A program made the position numbers and the translations under genes. The notes beneath the pieces were generated by a model that did no database searches, was not told where the DNA came from, and was given only the letters and a program-made list of their open reading frames with translations. This document shows positions 6,503 to 14,887 of a stretch of 20,000 nucleotides of DNA, one piece after another (position 1 is the first letter of the stretch; every line of letters begins with the position of its first letter). The DNA comes from an uncultured virus (IMG/VR IMGVR_UViG_2660238084_000001) (lineage: Duplodnaviria; Heunggongvirae; Uroviricota; Caudoviricetes), in the IMG/VR virus record IMGVR_UViG_2660238084_000001; one strand, written 5' to 3'.

Positions 6503-6920
6503 CGTCAGCTTGACGAAAACTGCCCGAACACCTGGAACGCTTGAACGCTGACCAGGCCGCATCGGAGATTGATCGGAGCGTGCCCAAGCGGGCTGCAGCG
6601 CTAGGATCGCAAAGCCCCGGAAAAGTCCTGAGCCGGATCTGCCGGCCAATACCAGAAACGCGGCGGGAACCAAGCAGGGGTTGCGCCCTGGTGTTCCGAT
6701 CAATCTCCGATGCGGATGAGTACACACCGCAACCGAACCAATAAACGCGAGTAGTGGAGACGCAGTAGGTGGGCACGAGCAACGTGTGTCCCTGCCGAGC
6801 CTATGAACCACGAAGAGCGATGAGGTGGCGTACCGCCAAGCTACTGGGCTGACAGCCGGAAAGACGGCAAGGCGCTAGCGGATGAGTACAAGCCGTTCAG
6901 TCGGCCCCCTGTGTAGCGCC
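6503..6920 (+). ncRNA. Non-coding structured RNA region
   Basis: Perfect 21-bp inverted repeat 6557-6577/6695-6715 enclosing several small hairpins; further stems to 6920; no credible CDS. Confidence 0.6.
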
Positions 6921-6941
6921 ATCCCCTCCCCTAATTCAAAC

Positions 6942-7078
6942 CGACCGCATCGGCAGGTGCCAAGCCAGTCTCACGGCTGGGGTTGGTCACCCGCGTATGG
7001 GATCTGGCCAATGCGGTCAAGGAGCCTGATATGCACCACTCAATCAGCCAGCGTCGGCAATTATCGAAGGTCTGCGCC
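6942..7078 (+). repeat. Degenerate copy of 7434-7571 (RNA stem, SD and frameshifted gene start)
   Basis: Aligns end to end with 7434-7571. A 1-nt deletion (cgtcggca vs cgtcgtgca) frameshifts the duplicated MHHSISQR start. Confidence 0.9.
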
Positions 7079-7082
7079 TAAT

Positions 7083-7310
7083 TTAGGCATTTCCTAAATG
7101 CCCATCTACGAACTCCCAAACATCGTAATGCGCGTTTGAATGGAACGACCATCTGATCCAGTTCGCACCGCAACATCTGCATGTGTGCGGGAGGCCATTG
7201 CGCCCCTCGTGACGTAGTGTCATGCCGGACCGTTCCATGCGGTCCGTATCAGATGTCTGCACTCCTGAAGAGTTTGCAGCCAAAAGCTGCTGACATTGTT
7301 CGCAGGGCAT
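7083..7310 (-). CDS. Small zinc-ribbon-like protein (antisense moron)
   Basis: MPCEQCQQ...HTCRCCGANW has two CxxC pairs; lies between the two direct repeats. Confidence 0.65.
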   Translation of the reverse strand: MPCEQCQQLLAANSSGVQTSDTDRMERSGMTLRHEGRNGLPHTCRCCGANWIRWSFHSNAHYDVWEFVDGHLGNA

Positions 7311-7433
7311 ACGTGTTGTCCAGTGCAGATACGAAGTGATGAAACAAGGATACATCTCACAAAAGCTTAAGCCCAGACCTCAAGTCCAGAGCCCCCTCGG
7401 GCACGTGACTTCACCTCCACCGTCAAACCACAA

Positions 7434-7571
7434 CGACCGCATTGGCAGATGCCAGGCCAGTCTCACGGCTGGGTTTGGTCACCCGCGCCTGGTATCTGAC
7501 CAATGCGGTCAAGGAGCCTCATATGCACCACTCAATCAGCCAGCGTCGTGCAATCCTCGAAGGCCTGCGCC
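7434..7571 (+). repeat. Intact copy of the duplicated element (multibranch RNA stem, AAGGAG, gene start)
   Basis: GACCGCATTGG pairs with CCAATGCGGTC and CAGATGCCAGGC with GCCTGGTATCTG, enclosing two short hairpins; ends immediately before SD AAGGAG. Confidence 0.9.
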
Positions 7572-7861
7572 AGCGCTGCACCCTTTCCACTGCCGAGTTT
7601 TACGACAAAGTCGGCCGTCGCAACCCGGCGGCCCTGCCGCGCTTCACCGTGATTCCGAACGGCAACAACGAGTTCGGCATCGTTGAGCGTTCCACCGGCC
7701 TTGTGCGGGCGGTTCATAAAGGCCACGGCGTAGCGTGCAAAGCGGCATCGCACCTTGAAGCCACGCCAATGCGCCAGCCGTCTTTCGCGTCGTACATGCT
7801 GCGCTGGACTGCCGCCATCGCCACCGGCCTGGCGCTGTTCGCGCTGTACGGTGTCAGCTGA
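7523..7861 (+). CDS. Hypothetical phage protein with C-terminal hydrophobic helix
   Basis: AAGGAG SD, ATG 7523; C-terminus WTAAIATGLALFALYGVS; TGATG coupling to the next gene. Confidence 0.8.
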   Translation: MHHSISQRRAILEGLRQRCTLSTAEFYDKVGRRNPAALPRFTVIPNGNNEFGIVERSTGLVRAVHKGHGVACKAASHLEATPMRQPSFASYMLRWTAAIATGLALFALYGVS

Positions 7862-8463
7862 TGATCAGTCCAGAGCTGAGCACGATTCAGCGAAACAAAG
7901 AACGGTCCGCGGCGCTCGAGGCGGAAGTAGCCGAATTCCTCAAGCGCGGCGGCGTGATCGGCACGCTCAAGGGCTTCCCGATCAGGCCAGAGCCAAAGCG
8001 CTACGGCCGCATGACCGCACCGACGGCGCGACCGCCTGAGCCGCACCGCCGGACCAAGGAAGCGATACGCGCAGCTGCGCCACCGCCATCGACCCAAAAC
8101 CTGCCACGGGGCCACGTCAGCGATGAGGTGGTCGCACAGATCCGTCACATGGCGTTGACAACCACCATAACCGACGTAGGGCGCAACACCGGAGTCAGCC
8201 ACCACATGCTCCGCAAGATCGCCTCCGAGCACAGGTTTGATTACAAGCCCTTCGATCCAAGCCCAGGTCTTGCGTGTGTGAAGGCCGCGCGCACAGACCC
8301 GGTCGCGGATGCTTTGAACGTGCTGCGCATCAAGGAAGCGCGGGACCGCGGCCTTTCGCGCAAAGCCGCAAAAGACCTCATCGGGATCAGCAGCACGCTG
8401 ATGGAGCGCCTGCTCAAAGACTTTGCCATTGATTACCCGCTGCACAGGATTCGCCGCAAGTGA
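7861..8463 (+). CDS. Hypothetical phage protein, possible HTH-like segments
   Basis: Coupled to the upstream stop; TITDVGRNTGVSHHMLRKIA and LSRKAAKDLIGISSTLMERL look HTH-like. Confidence 0.75.
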   Translation: MISPELSTIQRNKERSAALEAEVAEFLKRGGVIGTLKGFPIRPEPKRYGRMTAPTARPPEPHRRTKEAIRAAAPPPSTQNLPRGHVSDEVVAQIRHMALTTTITDVGRNTGVSHHMLRKIASEHRFDYKPFDPSPGLACVKAARTDPVADALNVLRIKEARDRGLSRKAAKDLIGISSTLMERLLKDFAIDYPLHRIRRK

Positions 8464-8551
8464 GGCGCATGCAGTCCCGCGCCAACCTCCGCCGCCGCCC
8501 TCTTCAACTCAACATCCCACCCAGTGGAATAACGCCCACGGAGCCAAAGCC

Positions 8552-8899
8552 ATGTCGAAAGCGACAGATACCACCGAATTCCTCAACGAACTGAATGGCG
8601 GCGCTTTCGCCAGCCAGATCGGCCACGCCCTTTCCGAAGTTGCCGCCGGTGTGGTTGACCACGGCAAAGCCGGGAAGCTGGTCATCACCCTCGACTTCAC
8701 CCAGATCGGCGAATCGCACCAGGTGAAGATCAAACACAAGCTCGATTACAAGGTGCCGACCAAGCGCGGCACCCGCAGCGAGAACACCAGTCTGGATACG
8801 CCAATGCACGTTGGCACTGGCGGCAACATTTCCCTGTTCGCCGAAAAGCATGACCAGCTGTTCACGCGTGAACAGGCACCCATCGTTCCCCGCACCTAA
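8552..8899 (+). CDS. YfdP-like phage protein
   Basis: GGAG SD; TDTTEFLNELNGGAF..IGHALSEVAAGV...PTKRG..SE...DTPMHV; lies upstream of a DUF2303 gene as in CPS-53/SfV-type prophages. Confidence 0.75.
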   Translation: MSKATDTTEFLNELNGGAFASQIGHALSEVAAGVVDHGKAGKLVITLDFTQIGESHQVKIKHKLDYKVPTKRGTRSENTSLDTPMHVGTGGNISLFAEKHDQLFTREQAPIVPRT

Positions 8900-8925
8900 C
8901 CGCTCACCACCACGAGAACTGAAAT

Positions 8926-9738
8926 ATGTCCCTCACGAAAGAAGCAATTCAACTGATCATCGACAACGCCCTGATCGCAGAAGGCAGAGAGCTGGGCACC
9001 GTCACACCGACCATCGTGCTGCCGGAAGGCGCGAAGGTCGTGAACCTTGAGCAATTCGGCGCAGGCCGCAGCCGCTTCCGTGGCACCTTCTCCACCAACT
9101 CCTTGGCGGACTTCGCCAAATACGTGTCCGACCGGGCAGTCGCCGACGCAAAAGGCTTCATCAATCAGGACGAAATGACCTGTTCGGTGCTGTTCAACCT
9201 GGGCAACGAGGAAGTGCCAGGCCACGCAGATGACCGCGCGGTGCTGAAACTCAAGCCCACCGCCGCCTACCAGGCCGTGCAAGCCATCAGTGGCCGGGCC
9301 ATGTCGCAGAAGGATATGAGCGACTGGATTGAAGACTGGCACAGCACCCTGTCGGCGGTCGGTGATGAGCTGCAGAACATCCCGTTGGCCAAAGCCATCG
9401 CCGCCGTGCGCACGATCACGGTCAAGGCATCTTCGGAAAGCGATCACACCGTCAGCGAAACACGCGCCAGCCGCAGCGCAATGGATGCCATCGAGGCGAC
9501 CAGCAAGGAAACCTTGCCCACGTCGCTGATCTTCTCGGCTGTGCCGTTTGAAGGCCTGCAAATGCGCGAAATCATCCTGCGAATCTCGGTCATCACCAGC
9601 GGTGCCCAGCCGGTGTTGAAGCTGCGCTGGGTCGGTGAGGACGTCCAACGCGAAGAGATCGCGCAAGAGTTCAAGTCGGTGCTTGAAGCGAAGGTCGGCG
9701 ATGCAGCTCAGCTGGCGTTGGGAAGCTTCTCGGCCTGA
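8926..9738 (+). CDS. DUF2303 (YfdQ) family protein
   Basis: 270 aa; LEQF...RSRFRGTFST.SLADF..Y, FNLG...PGHAD, SQKD.SDWIEDW, PFEGL..R.I.LR, EEIAQEFK. Confidence 0.88.
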   Translation: MSLTKEAIQLIIDNALIAEGRELGTVTPTIVLPEGAKVVNLEQFGAGRSRFRGTFSTNSLADFAKYVSDRAVADAKGFINQDEMTCSVLFNLGNEEVPGHADDRAVLKLKPTAAYQAVQAISGRAMSQKDMSDWIEDWHSTLSAVGDELQNIPLAKAIAAVRTITVKASSESDHTVSETRASRSAMDAIEATSKETLPTSLIFSAVPFEGLQMREIILRISVITSGAQPVLKLRWVGEDVQREEIAQEFKSVLEAKVGDAAQLALGSFSA

Positions 9739-9747
9739 TACCTGAGG

Positions 9748-9790
9748 TTCCGCGCCACCAAATAAAGGCGTCGCCAGTTGTGGCGCGGAA
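9748..9790. repeat. 11-bp perfect inverted repeat (hairpin) after the DUF2303 gene
   Basis: TTCCGCGCCAC (9748-9758) and GTGGCGCGGAA (9780-9790), between convergent genes; no poly-T tail. Confidence 0.7.
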
Positions 9791-9838
9791 GTTAGAATTG
9801 GCTTATCAGCGTGAGGCAATGCGGATCGGCCTAGACGA

Positions 9839-10045
9839 TCAAGGCGTCATCTGCTGTTTAAGCTTTTTGAGGAAATTTGTGGCAAGAGCCTGTTCAAGTG
9901 ACCCGTTCGATTTATGCTTCTCTGCCAGCGACCTATGGGCATTCTCGAAAACCGCCTCCCACCGAAAGTCAGGGCTCACCGCGTTCTCCTTGATCAAGCT
10001 GATAACCAAGGTTTCTAGAGCGATTATATGCGCTTGCTGATCCAT
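9839..10045 (-). CDS. Small hypothetical protein (antisense moron)
   Basis: SD AAAGGGGAG on the minus strand upstream of the ATG; 68-aa, helical-looking; AT-richer segment. Confidence 0.7.
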   Translation of the reverse strand: MDQQAHIIALETLVISLIKENAVSPDFRWEAVFENAHRSLAEKHKSNGSLEQALATNFLKKLKQQMTP

Positions 10046-10152
10046 AACTACTCCCCTTTAATCCGGTCCCACGCCGGTCATTATCTATACCTCACCCCAA
10101 ACCAATTTGCCACCACCGGACACGGAGGGCGGTGCATGCATGGAGAAACGCC

Positions 10153-10926
10153 ATGAGCCAGTACATCGTGCTCAGCCTAAAGCACACAAAGCGCCGTGAC
10201 AAAGCGATCACACTCTGGAGGGCCAATGACTCCGGCTACTGCTGGACCCTAGAGCCAGCGGGTGTTTACACCGAGGCAGAGGTTCTGGACCACCTGGGCT
10301 ACTACAACAGCGGCTGCGCGAACATCGCCGTGCCGGCAGAGGTGGTTATCGAACTCTGCGAAACAGTTGAGTACGACACCAAGGAATACGGGTTATGCCT
10401 TCCGAACAGAGCGGGTGTCTGGTCGAAACTGCTGGAAGCCGTGATCAGGCCAACTCAATACGAGCCGAAGCCGGATTATCGAGGTGCCAGCTACACCGAG
10501 AAAAGCCTTTGGAATAAGCGCCAGCGCTGCGAGCAGGTCAATCAGGTGATCAAGATCATCGGAGACCACGGGCGCAAGTTCTTCTTCGACGAAGCCAGCC
10601 AGCGATACGCCATCCTGGAAGTCGATCGGCGCGGCAAGGTTTGGCTAATTGACGATTACACCGGCAAGCGCATTTTCACCCACCCTACCCAGTGGGGCGG
10701 ACGCTGGAAAGGTTTCAGTCACGGCGGCACTCTCAAGGCTCTGATTGAACGCTTCCGTGACTACATCTGCGAGGGTAAGCAGATGCCCCTCGGTTGGCTG
10801 GGGCCTGAGCGCTTCGACGACTCCAACATCTGGGGCTATGACGAAGCCGGTATGCGCGCGGTGCGCGAGCAGGCCGCCGTGACACCCGTTTTTCTCCCCC
10901 GTGATCGAAACGCCGAAGCCGCTTAA
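10153..10926 (+). CDS. Hypothetical phage protein, probably a two-domain fusion
   Basis: GGAG SD, ATG 10153; 257 aa with GC-rich third codon positions. Confidence 0.85.
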   Translation: MSQYIVLSLKHTKRRDKAITLWRANDSGYCWTLEPAGVYTEAEVLDHLGYYNSGCANIAVPAEVVIELCETVEYDTKEYGLCLPNRAGVWSKLLEAVIRPTQYEPKPDYRGASYTEKSLWNKRQRCEQVNQVIKIIGDHGRKFFFDEASQRYAILEVDRRGKVWLIDDYTGKRIFTHPTQWGGRWKGFSHGGTLKALIERFRDYICEGKQMPLGWLGPERFDDSNIWGYDEAGMRAVREQAAVTPVFLPRDRNAEAA

Positions 10927-10970
10927 CCCCACCCTCACCTATTGCGCTGAACGCCTCGGCAGGCGATAGA

Positions 10971-11315
10971 TCAACCAGCAAGCCATTTATCGCGGGCCTG
11001 CCTAACTCTTGTAACAAGCAGTTCTGAGCGAGGCTTGCCGTCTTGGTCGACCATCACCGCTGCGAAAGAGCAACGGCATGCGACGCAATTCTCCTCTCTG
11101 GACCACCATTCAATCATTTCTTGGCCAGTGAACAGCTCCCCGCTCCGCTCGACGTGAGACCTTCGACTTACGGAAGACAGTCCGGAGAGGTGCATGTACA
11201 GAACCGCGATACCCAAACGCGAATACTCTGCGATATCCGTTTCGAGATTTCGCAGTCTCATCGCATTTAGCTCCTCATCAGAAACCTGCGCTTTCAAATC
11301 CAGCTCCCTTTTCAT
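10971..11315 (-). CDS. Stand-alone protein resembling the C-terminal part of the phage head-morphogenesis (SPP1 gp7/MuF) domain
   Basis: YMHLSGLSSVSRRSH..RSGELFT.QEM.EWWS...N...CRCS...VMVDQDGKP matches the R..H...G..(F/Y)...CRC MuF pattern. Confidence 0.6.
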   Translation of the reverse strand: MKRELDLKAQVSDEELNAMRLRNLETDIAEYSRLGIAVLYMHLSGLSSVSRRSHVERSGELFTGQEMIEWWSREENCVACRCSFAAVMVDQDGKPRSELLVTRVRQARDKWLAG

Positions 11316-11380
11316 CGAACCAACAATCTAAATCTAATACTCCACTTCAACGACTCACGCCACCCCGGCGAGGAATTCGC

Positions 11381-12238
11381 ATGTCTCCCTACAAAATGTC
11401 CGGGATGACGGTCGTCAGCTTTTCCGGTGGTCGGACCAGCGCCTACATGCTGCGCCAGGTGCTGGACGCCAACGATGATCTGGACGATCTGATCGTCACG
11501 TTCGCCAACACCGGCAAGGAACACCCCGCCACCCTCGACTTTGTGAACGAATGCGCGAGGCGCTGGCAGGTGCCCATCGTCTGGCTGGAGTACCGCGATG
11601 ATGATAGAGGCTTCGCCATTGTCACCTACGAAACCGCCAGCAGGGACGGCGAGCCGTTCGAAGCGCTGATCAGGAAACGCAGCTACCTGCCGAACCCGGT
11701 CACACGGTTCTGCACCATCGATCTCAAAATCAGAGTGATCCACAAGTATCTACGGATGGTTGGATGCTCCACTGAGGAAACCCCGGTCGACATGATGACC
11801 GGCATCCGGGCAGACGAGCCAAGGCGCGTGGCGAAGATCCGCCACCGCAAGACCACGACTGAAAGCAAACACGCCACGATGGTGATGCCACTGGCTGATG
11901 CGGGCGTAGGTGTGCAGCAGATCGGAGAATTCTGGAAGGCTCAGCCGTTTGACCTGGAGCTACCGACGATAAATGGCCGCACTCTGGAGGGCAACTGCGA
12001 CCTGTGCTTTCTCAAAGGAGCAAAGCAGGTCTACTCGATCATAGCCAGCGACCGGAGCAAGGCAGACTGGTGGGCGCGGATGGAACGCACCGCCACCCAG
12101 AGCAGCGCCGCCACAACTGACGGCGCGCTGTTCCGCTTCGACCGGCCGAGCTATCAGCAGATGCTCGATTATTCGGATACCCAGTTCGATATGTTCGCCG
12201 ACCACGAAGGGGCAATTGCCTGTTTCTGTGGCGATTGA
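11381..12238 (+). CDS. PAPS-reductase-family (adenine nucleotide alpha hydrolase-like, NinC-like) protein
   Basis: PP-loop SFSGGRTS, FANTGKEH..T..FV, RFCTIDLK, GIRADE, GNCDLCFLK, C-terminal CFCGD. Confidence 0.85.
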   Translation: MSPYKMSGMTVVSFSGGRTSAYMLRQVLDANDDLDDLIVTFANTGKEHPATLDFVNECARRWQVPIVWLEYRDDDRGFAIVTYETASRDGEPFEALIRKRSYLPNPVTRFCTIDLKIRVIHKYLRMVGCSTEETPVDMMTGIRADEPRRVAKIRHRKTTTESKHATMVMPLADAGVGVQQIGEFWKAQPFDLELPTINGRTLEGNCDLCFLKGAKQVYSIIASDRSKADWWARMERTATQSSAATTDGALFRFDRPSYQQMLDYSDTQFDMFADHEGAIACFCGD

Positions 12239-12239
12239 T

Positions 12240-12668
12240 TCAGCTTTTGAAGGCTGACACCAACCCGGTAACCGCTCCGATTAACCCCACGGCAATGCCG
12301 AACCAATACCCTACCGACTCTCTACGCTGCTTTTGCTCCGCTCTGATTAAATCCCTAACCGTTCGCAATCCAAGCGGCGTCAGATAGTAGGGTTCGTCAG
12401 GATGGTCATTCCAATCGACGCGCGAGAACATTGTTGAATCTAACTCATCAGGCATTTGCACGAGGAGTGATTCGGCTTTTCTACGGTAGTAACTGGTTTG
12501 TATGGATGCTCTCCACTGTTCAGAAAGCTCCCACCTTCGAACATACTCCGCCATTTCACCGCTTTCGTAGGACTGCTCGCTGTCCGGTGGCTCGCTTTTC
12601 CGTAAAGCATTGGCATCTCGTCGGTACTTAAACAGTTCGACCCGGTACTGCACGTAATTCGGCAACAT
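12240..12668 (-). CDS. Hypothetical protein with C-terminal transmembrane helix (antisense moron)
   Basis: ATG 12668 preceded by GAGGGAAAAAGG; C-terminus YWFGIAVGLIGAVTGLVSAF; converges on the PAPS-reductase stop. Confidence 0.75.
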   Translation of the reverse strand: MLPNYVQYRVELFKYRRDANALRKSEPPDSEQSYESGEMAEYVRRWELSEQWRASIQTSYYRRKAESLLVQMPDELDSTMFSRVDWNDHPDEPYYLTPLGLRTVRDLIRAEQKQRRESVGYWFGIAVGLIGAVTGLVSAFKS

Positions 12669-12718
12669 CCTTTTTCCCTCAGAAAATACAAATCGCAATA
12701 TACCCGCGAGGATCCCCT

Positions 12719-14887
12719 ATGTCCGCACAACGGAAGAAACATCCCTTCGATTTTAAAACCCAGTACGGCCTTGGCTTCAATCCGCAAGACGATGAGATCG
12801 TTGTGGACTTCTTCTGCGGTGGTGGCGGCGCCGGTACTGGGCTGGAAATGGGCCTCGGGCGCACCGTCAGCGTGGCCAAGAATCACAGCGCTGCGGCGAT
12901 CAGCATGCACACAGTCAACCACCCGGGCGCGAAGCACTTCACCACCGACGTGTTCGACGGCGATCCAGATACCGAATGCGGTGGAAAAGCGGTGGGCTGG
13001 TTCCACATGAGCCCGGATTGTACCCATCACAGCCAAGCTGCTGGCGGGCAACCGCGCAAGCGCGAGATCCGCAACCTTTCTTGGATCGGCTTGAAGTGGG
13101 CGGGCAAGAAGAAACCCCGCGTCATCAGCCTGGAGAACGTGAAGCAGATCCTGCAATGGGGGCCTCTTGTTGCTAAACGAGACCCGGCCACAGGCAGGGC
13201 CATCAAGCTGGTCACAGTTCTGGGCACCAATGGCAAAGCGAAAATACAGCACACTGTTGCAGCACCTGGCGAGGTTGTTCCGGTTGATCAGCAATTTCTG
13301 ATGCCAGACCCTACGCGGCGTGGCCAGACGTGGGCCGTGTTCGTCGCCGAGCTGGAGCGCCTGGGCTATGCCGTCGAGTGGCGTGTGATCCGAGCGTGCG
13401 ACTTCGGCGCGCCCACCAGCCGGGAACGCCTGTTTATGATTGCCCGCTGCGACGGGCAACCGATCGTGTGGCCAGAGCCGACCCATGCCAAGCGTCCCGT
13501 TAAAGGCCAGAAGCCGTGGAGGACCGCCGCCGAGTGCATCGACTTTAACGACCTCGGCAGAAGCATCTTCGGACGCAAGAAAGACCTGGCTCCCGCCACC
13601 CTGCGCCGGGTCGCCAAGGGCATGAAGAAGTTCGTCATCGACAACCCCGCCCCGTTCATCGTCCCGATTGCGAACTGGTCAGGTGAGACGGTGCAGTCGG
13701 CCGCCGAGCCGTTGCGCACTGTGACGTCATATCCAAAGGGCGGCGCTTTCTCGGTCGTCAGCCCAGTCATCGCGCCAGCGACTCACCAAGGCAGCGATCG
13801 CATCAACGATCCGCTGGAGCCGTTGCCGACGATCACCTGCGCCAACCGTGGCGAGTTCACGCTGATCAGCCCCACCCTGATCCAGTCTGGCTACGGCGAG
13901 CGCCAAGGCCAGCTACCTCGCGTGCCGGGAATCGACCAACCGCTGGGAACGGTCGTTGCCGGAGGAGTGAAGCACGCGCTGACAAGTTCGATTCTCGTGG
14001 GTGCTGGCGGGCCAGTGTATGCAGGCAAGCCGGTGGCGGCAGATCAGCCCGTTGGGACATTGATGACGCGGAATCACCGAGCGGTGTCCACTGCATTCAT
14101 GGCTCAGATGAACGGTGGCTTCAACACCACCGACGCCAAAGGCGTTGACGAGCCTATGACGACGATCACCAACACCGGCAGCCAGCAGCAACTCGTGACC
14201 GCGACACTGATCACCAATACCACCGGCCACGGACCGACAGACCTGGCCAATCCAGTGCCCACAATGACGACGGGGCAGCACCACGCACTGGTAGCCGCAA
14301 ACCTGGTGCACCTGCGCGGTAACTGTGATGCGCGGGACTTGAATGACCCGCTGCATACGATCAGCGCCGGCGGCCAGCACCACGGAATGGTAACTGCATT
14401 CATGGAGCGGCAGTTCGGTGCCAGCGTCGGCCAGCCTCTGGACGAACCCGCCCCAACGGTCACAGCAGGTGGCGGCGGTAAAAGCTCAGTCGTATCGCTC
14501 AGGCTCTCCCCGGAGCATGAGGAAGGTGCGCTGCGCGTTGCCGCGTTCCTGATCAGTTACTACGGGACCGAAAACGTAAGCGGCGCGGGCGAACCGGCAC
14601 CAACGATCACGACCAAAGATCGCCTGGCGCTGGTCACCGTCATGGTCAAGGGCACGCCCTACGTGATCGTCGACATCTGCCTACGAATGCTCAAACCGGC
14701 CGAGTTGTACAAGGCCCAGGGATTTCCCGCCGACTACGTCATCACCCACGGTGCCGACGGCAAGCCCTTCAACAAAACCCAGCAGGTGCACATGTGCGGC
14801 AACAGCGTGAGCCCGCCGCCGATGGCTGCACTTGCTCGAGCAAACGACCCGTGGCGCATATCAACTCAACACCAGGTGGCAGCATGA
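12719..14887 (+). CDS. DNA (cytosine-5) methyltransferase with an expanded repeat-containing variable region
   Basis: Motif I DFFCGGGG, motif IV SPDCTHHS, VI ENV, VIII RERLF, IX RML...ELYKAQGFP, X GNSVSPP. Confidence 0.95.
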   Translation: MSAQRKKHPFDFKTQYGLGFNPQDDEIVVDFFCGGGGAGTGLEMGLGRTVSVAKNHSAAAISMHTVNHPGAKHFTTDVFDGDPDTECGGKAVGWFHMSPDCTHHSQAAGGQPRKREIRNLSWIGLKWAGKKKPRVISLENVKQILQWGPLVAKRDPATGRAIKLVTVLGTNGKAKIQHTVAAPGEVVPVDQQFLMPDPTRRGQTWAVFVAELERLGYAVEWRVIRACDFGAPTSRERLFMIARCDGQPIVWPEPTHAKRPVKGQKPWRTAAECIDFNDLGRSIFGRKKDLAPATLRRVAKGMKKFVIDNPAPFIVPIANWSGETVQSAAEPLRTVTSYPKGGAFSVVSPVIAPATHQGSDRINDPLEPLPTITCANRGEFTLISPTLIQSGYGERQGQLPRVPGIDQPLGTVVAGGVKHALTSSILVGAGGPVYAGKPVAADQPVGTLMTRNHRAVSTAFMAQMNGGFNTTDAKGVDEPMTTITNTGSQQQLVTATLITNTTGHGPTDLANPVPTMTTGQHHALVAANLVHLRGNCDARDLNDPLHTISAGGQHHGMVTAFMERQFGASVGQPLDEPAPTVTAGGGGKSSVVSLRLSPEHEEGALRVAAFLISYYGTENVSGAGEPAPTITTKDRLALVTVMVKGTPYVIVDICLRMLKPAELYKAQGFPADYVITHGADGKPFNKTQQVHMCGNSVSPPPMAALARANDPWRISTQHQVAA

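Noticed and set aside
6578..6694. tRNA, TPP riboswitch or hammerhead ribozyme in the enclosed RNA (CTGAG...CCAATAC looked TPP-like)
   Set aside because: No T-loop GTTCRA or cloverleaf, no ACCTGAT TPP core, and no CUGANGA/GAAA hammerhead core in the right arrangement.
8896..9819. 307-aa minus-strand ORF
   Set aside because: Shadow of the DUF2303 gene in GC-rich DNA; no motifs.
12440..13486. 348-aa minus-strand ORF
   Set aside because: Antisense shadow of the methyltransferase; no recognisable domain.
12719..14887. Type II restriction-modification system
   Set aside because: No adjacent endonuclease-like gene recognised; the context is an orphan phage MTase.
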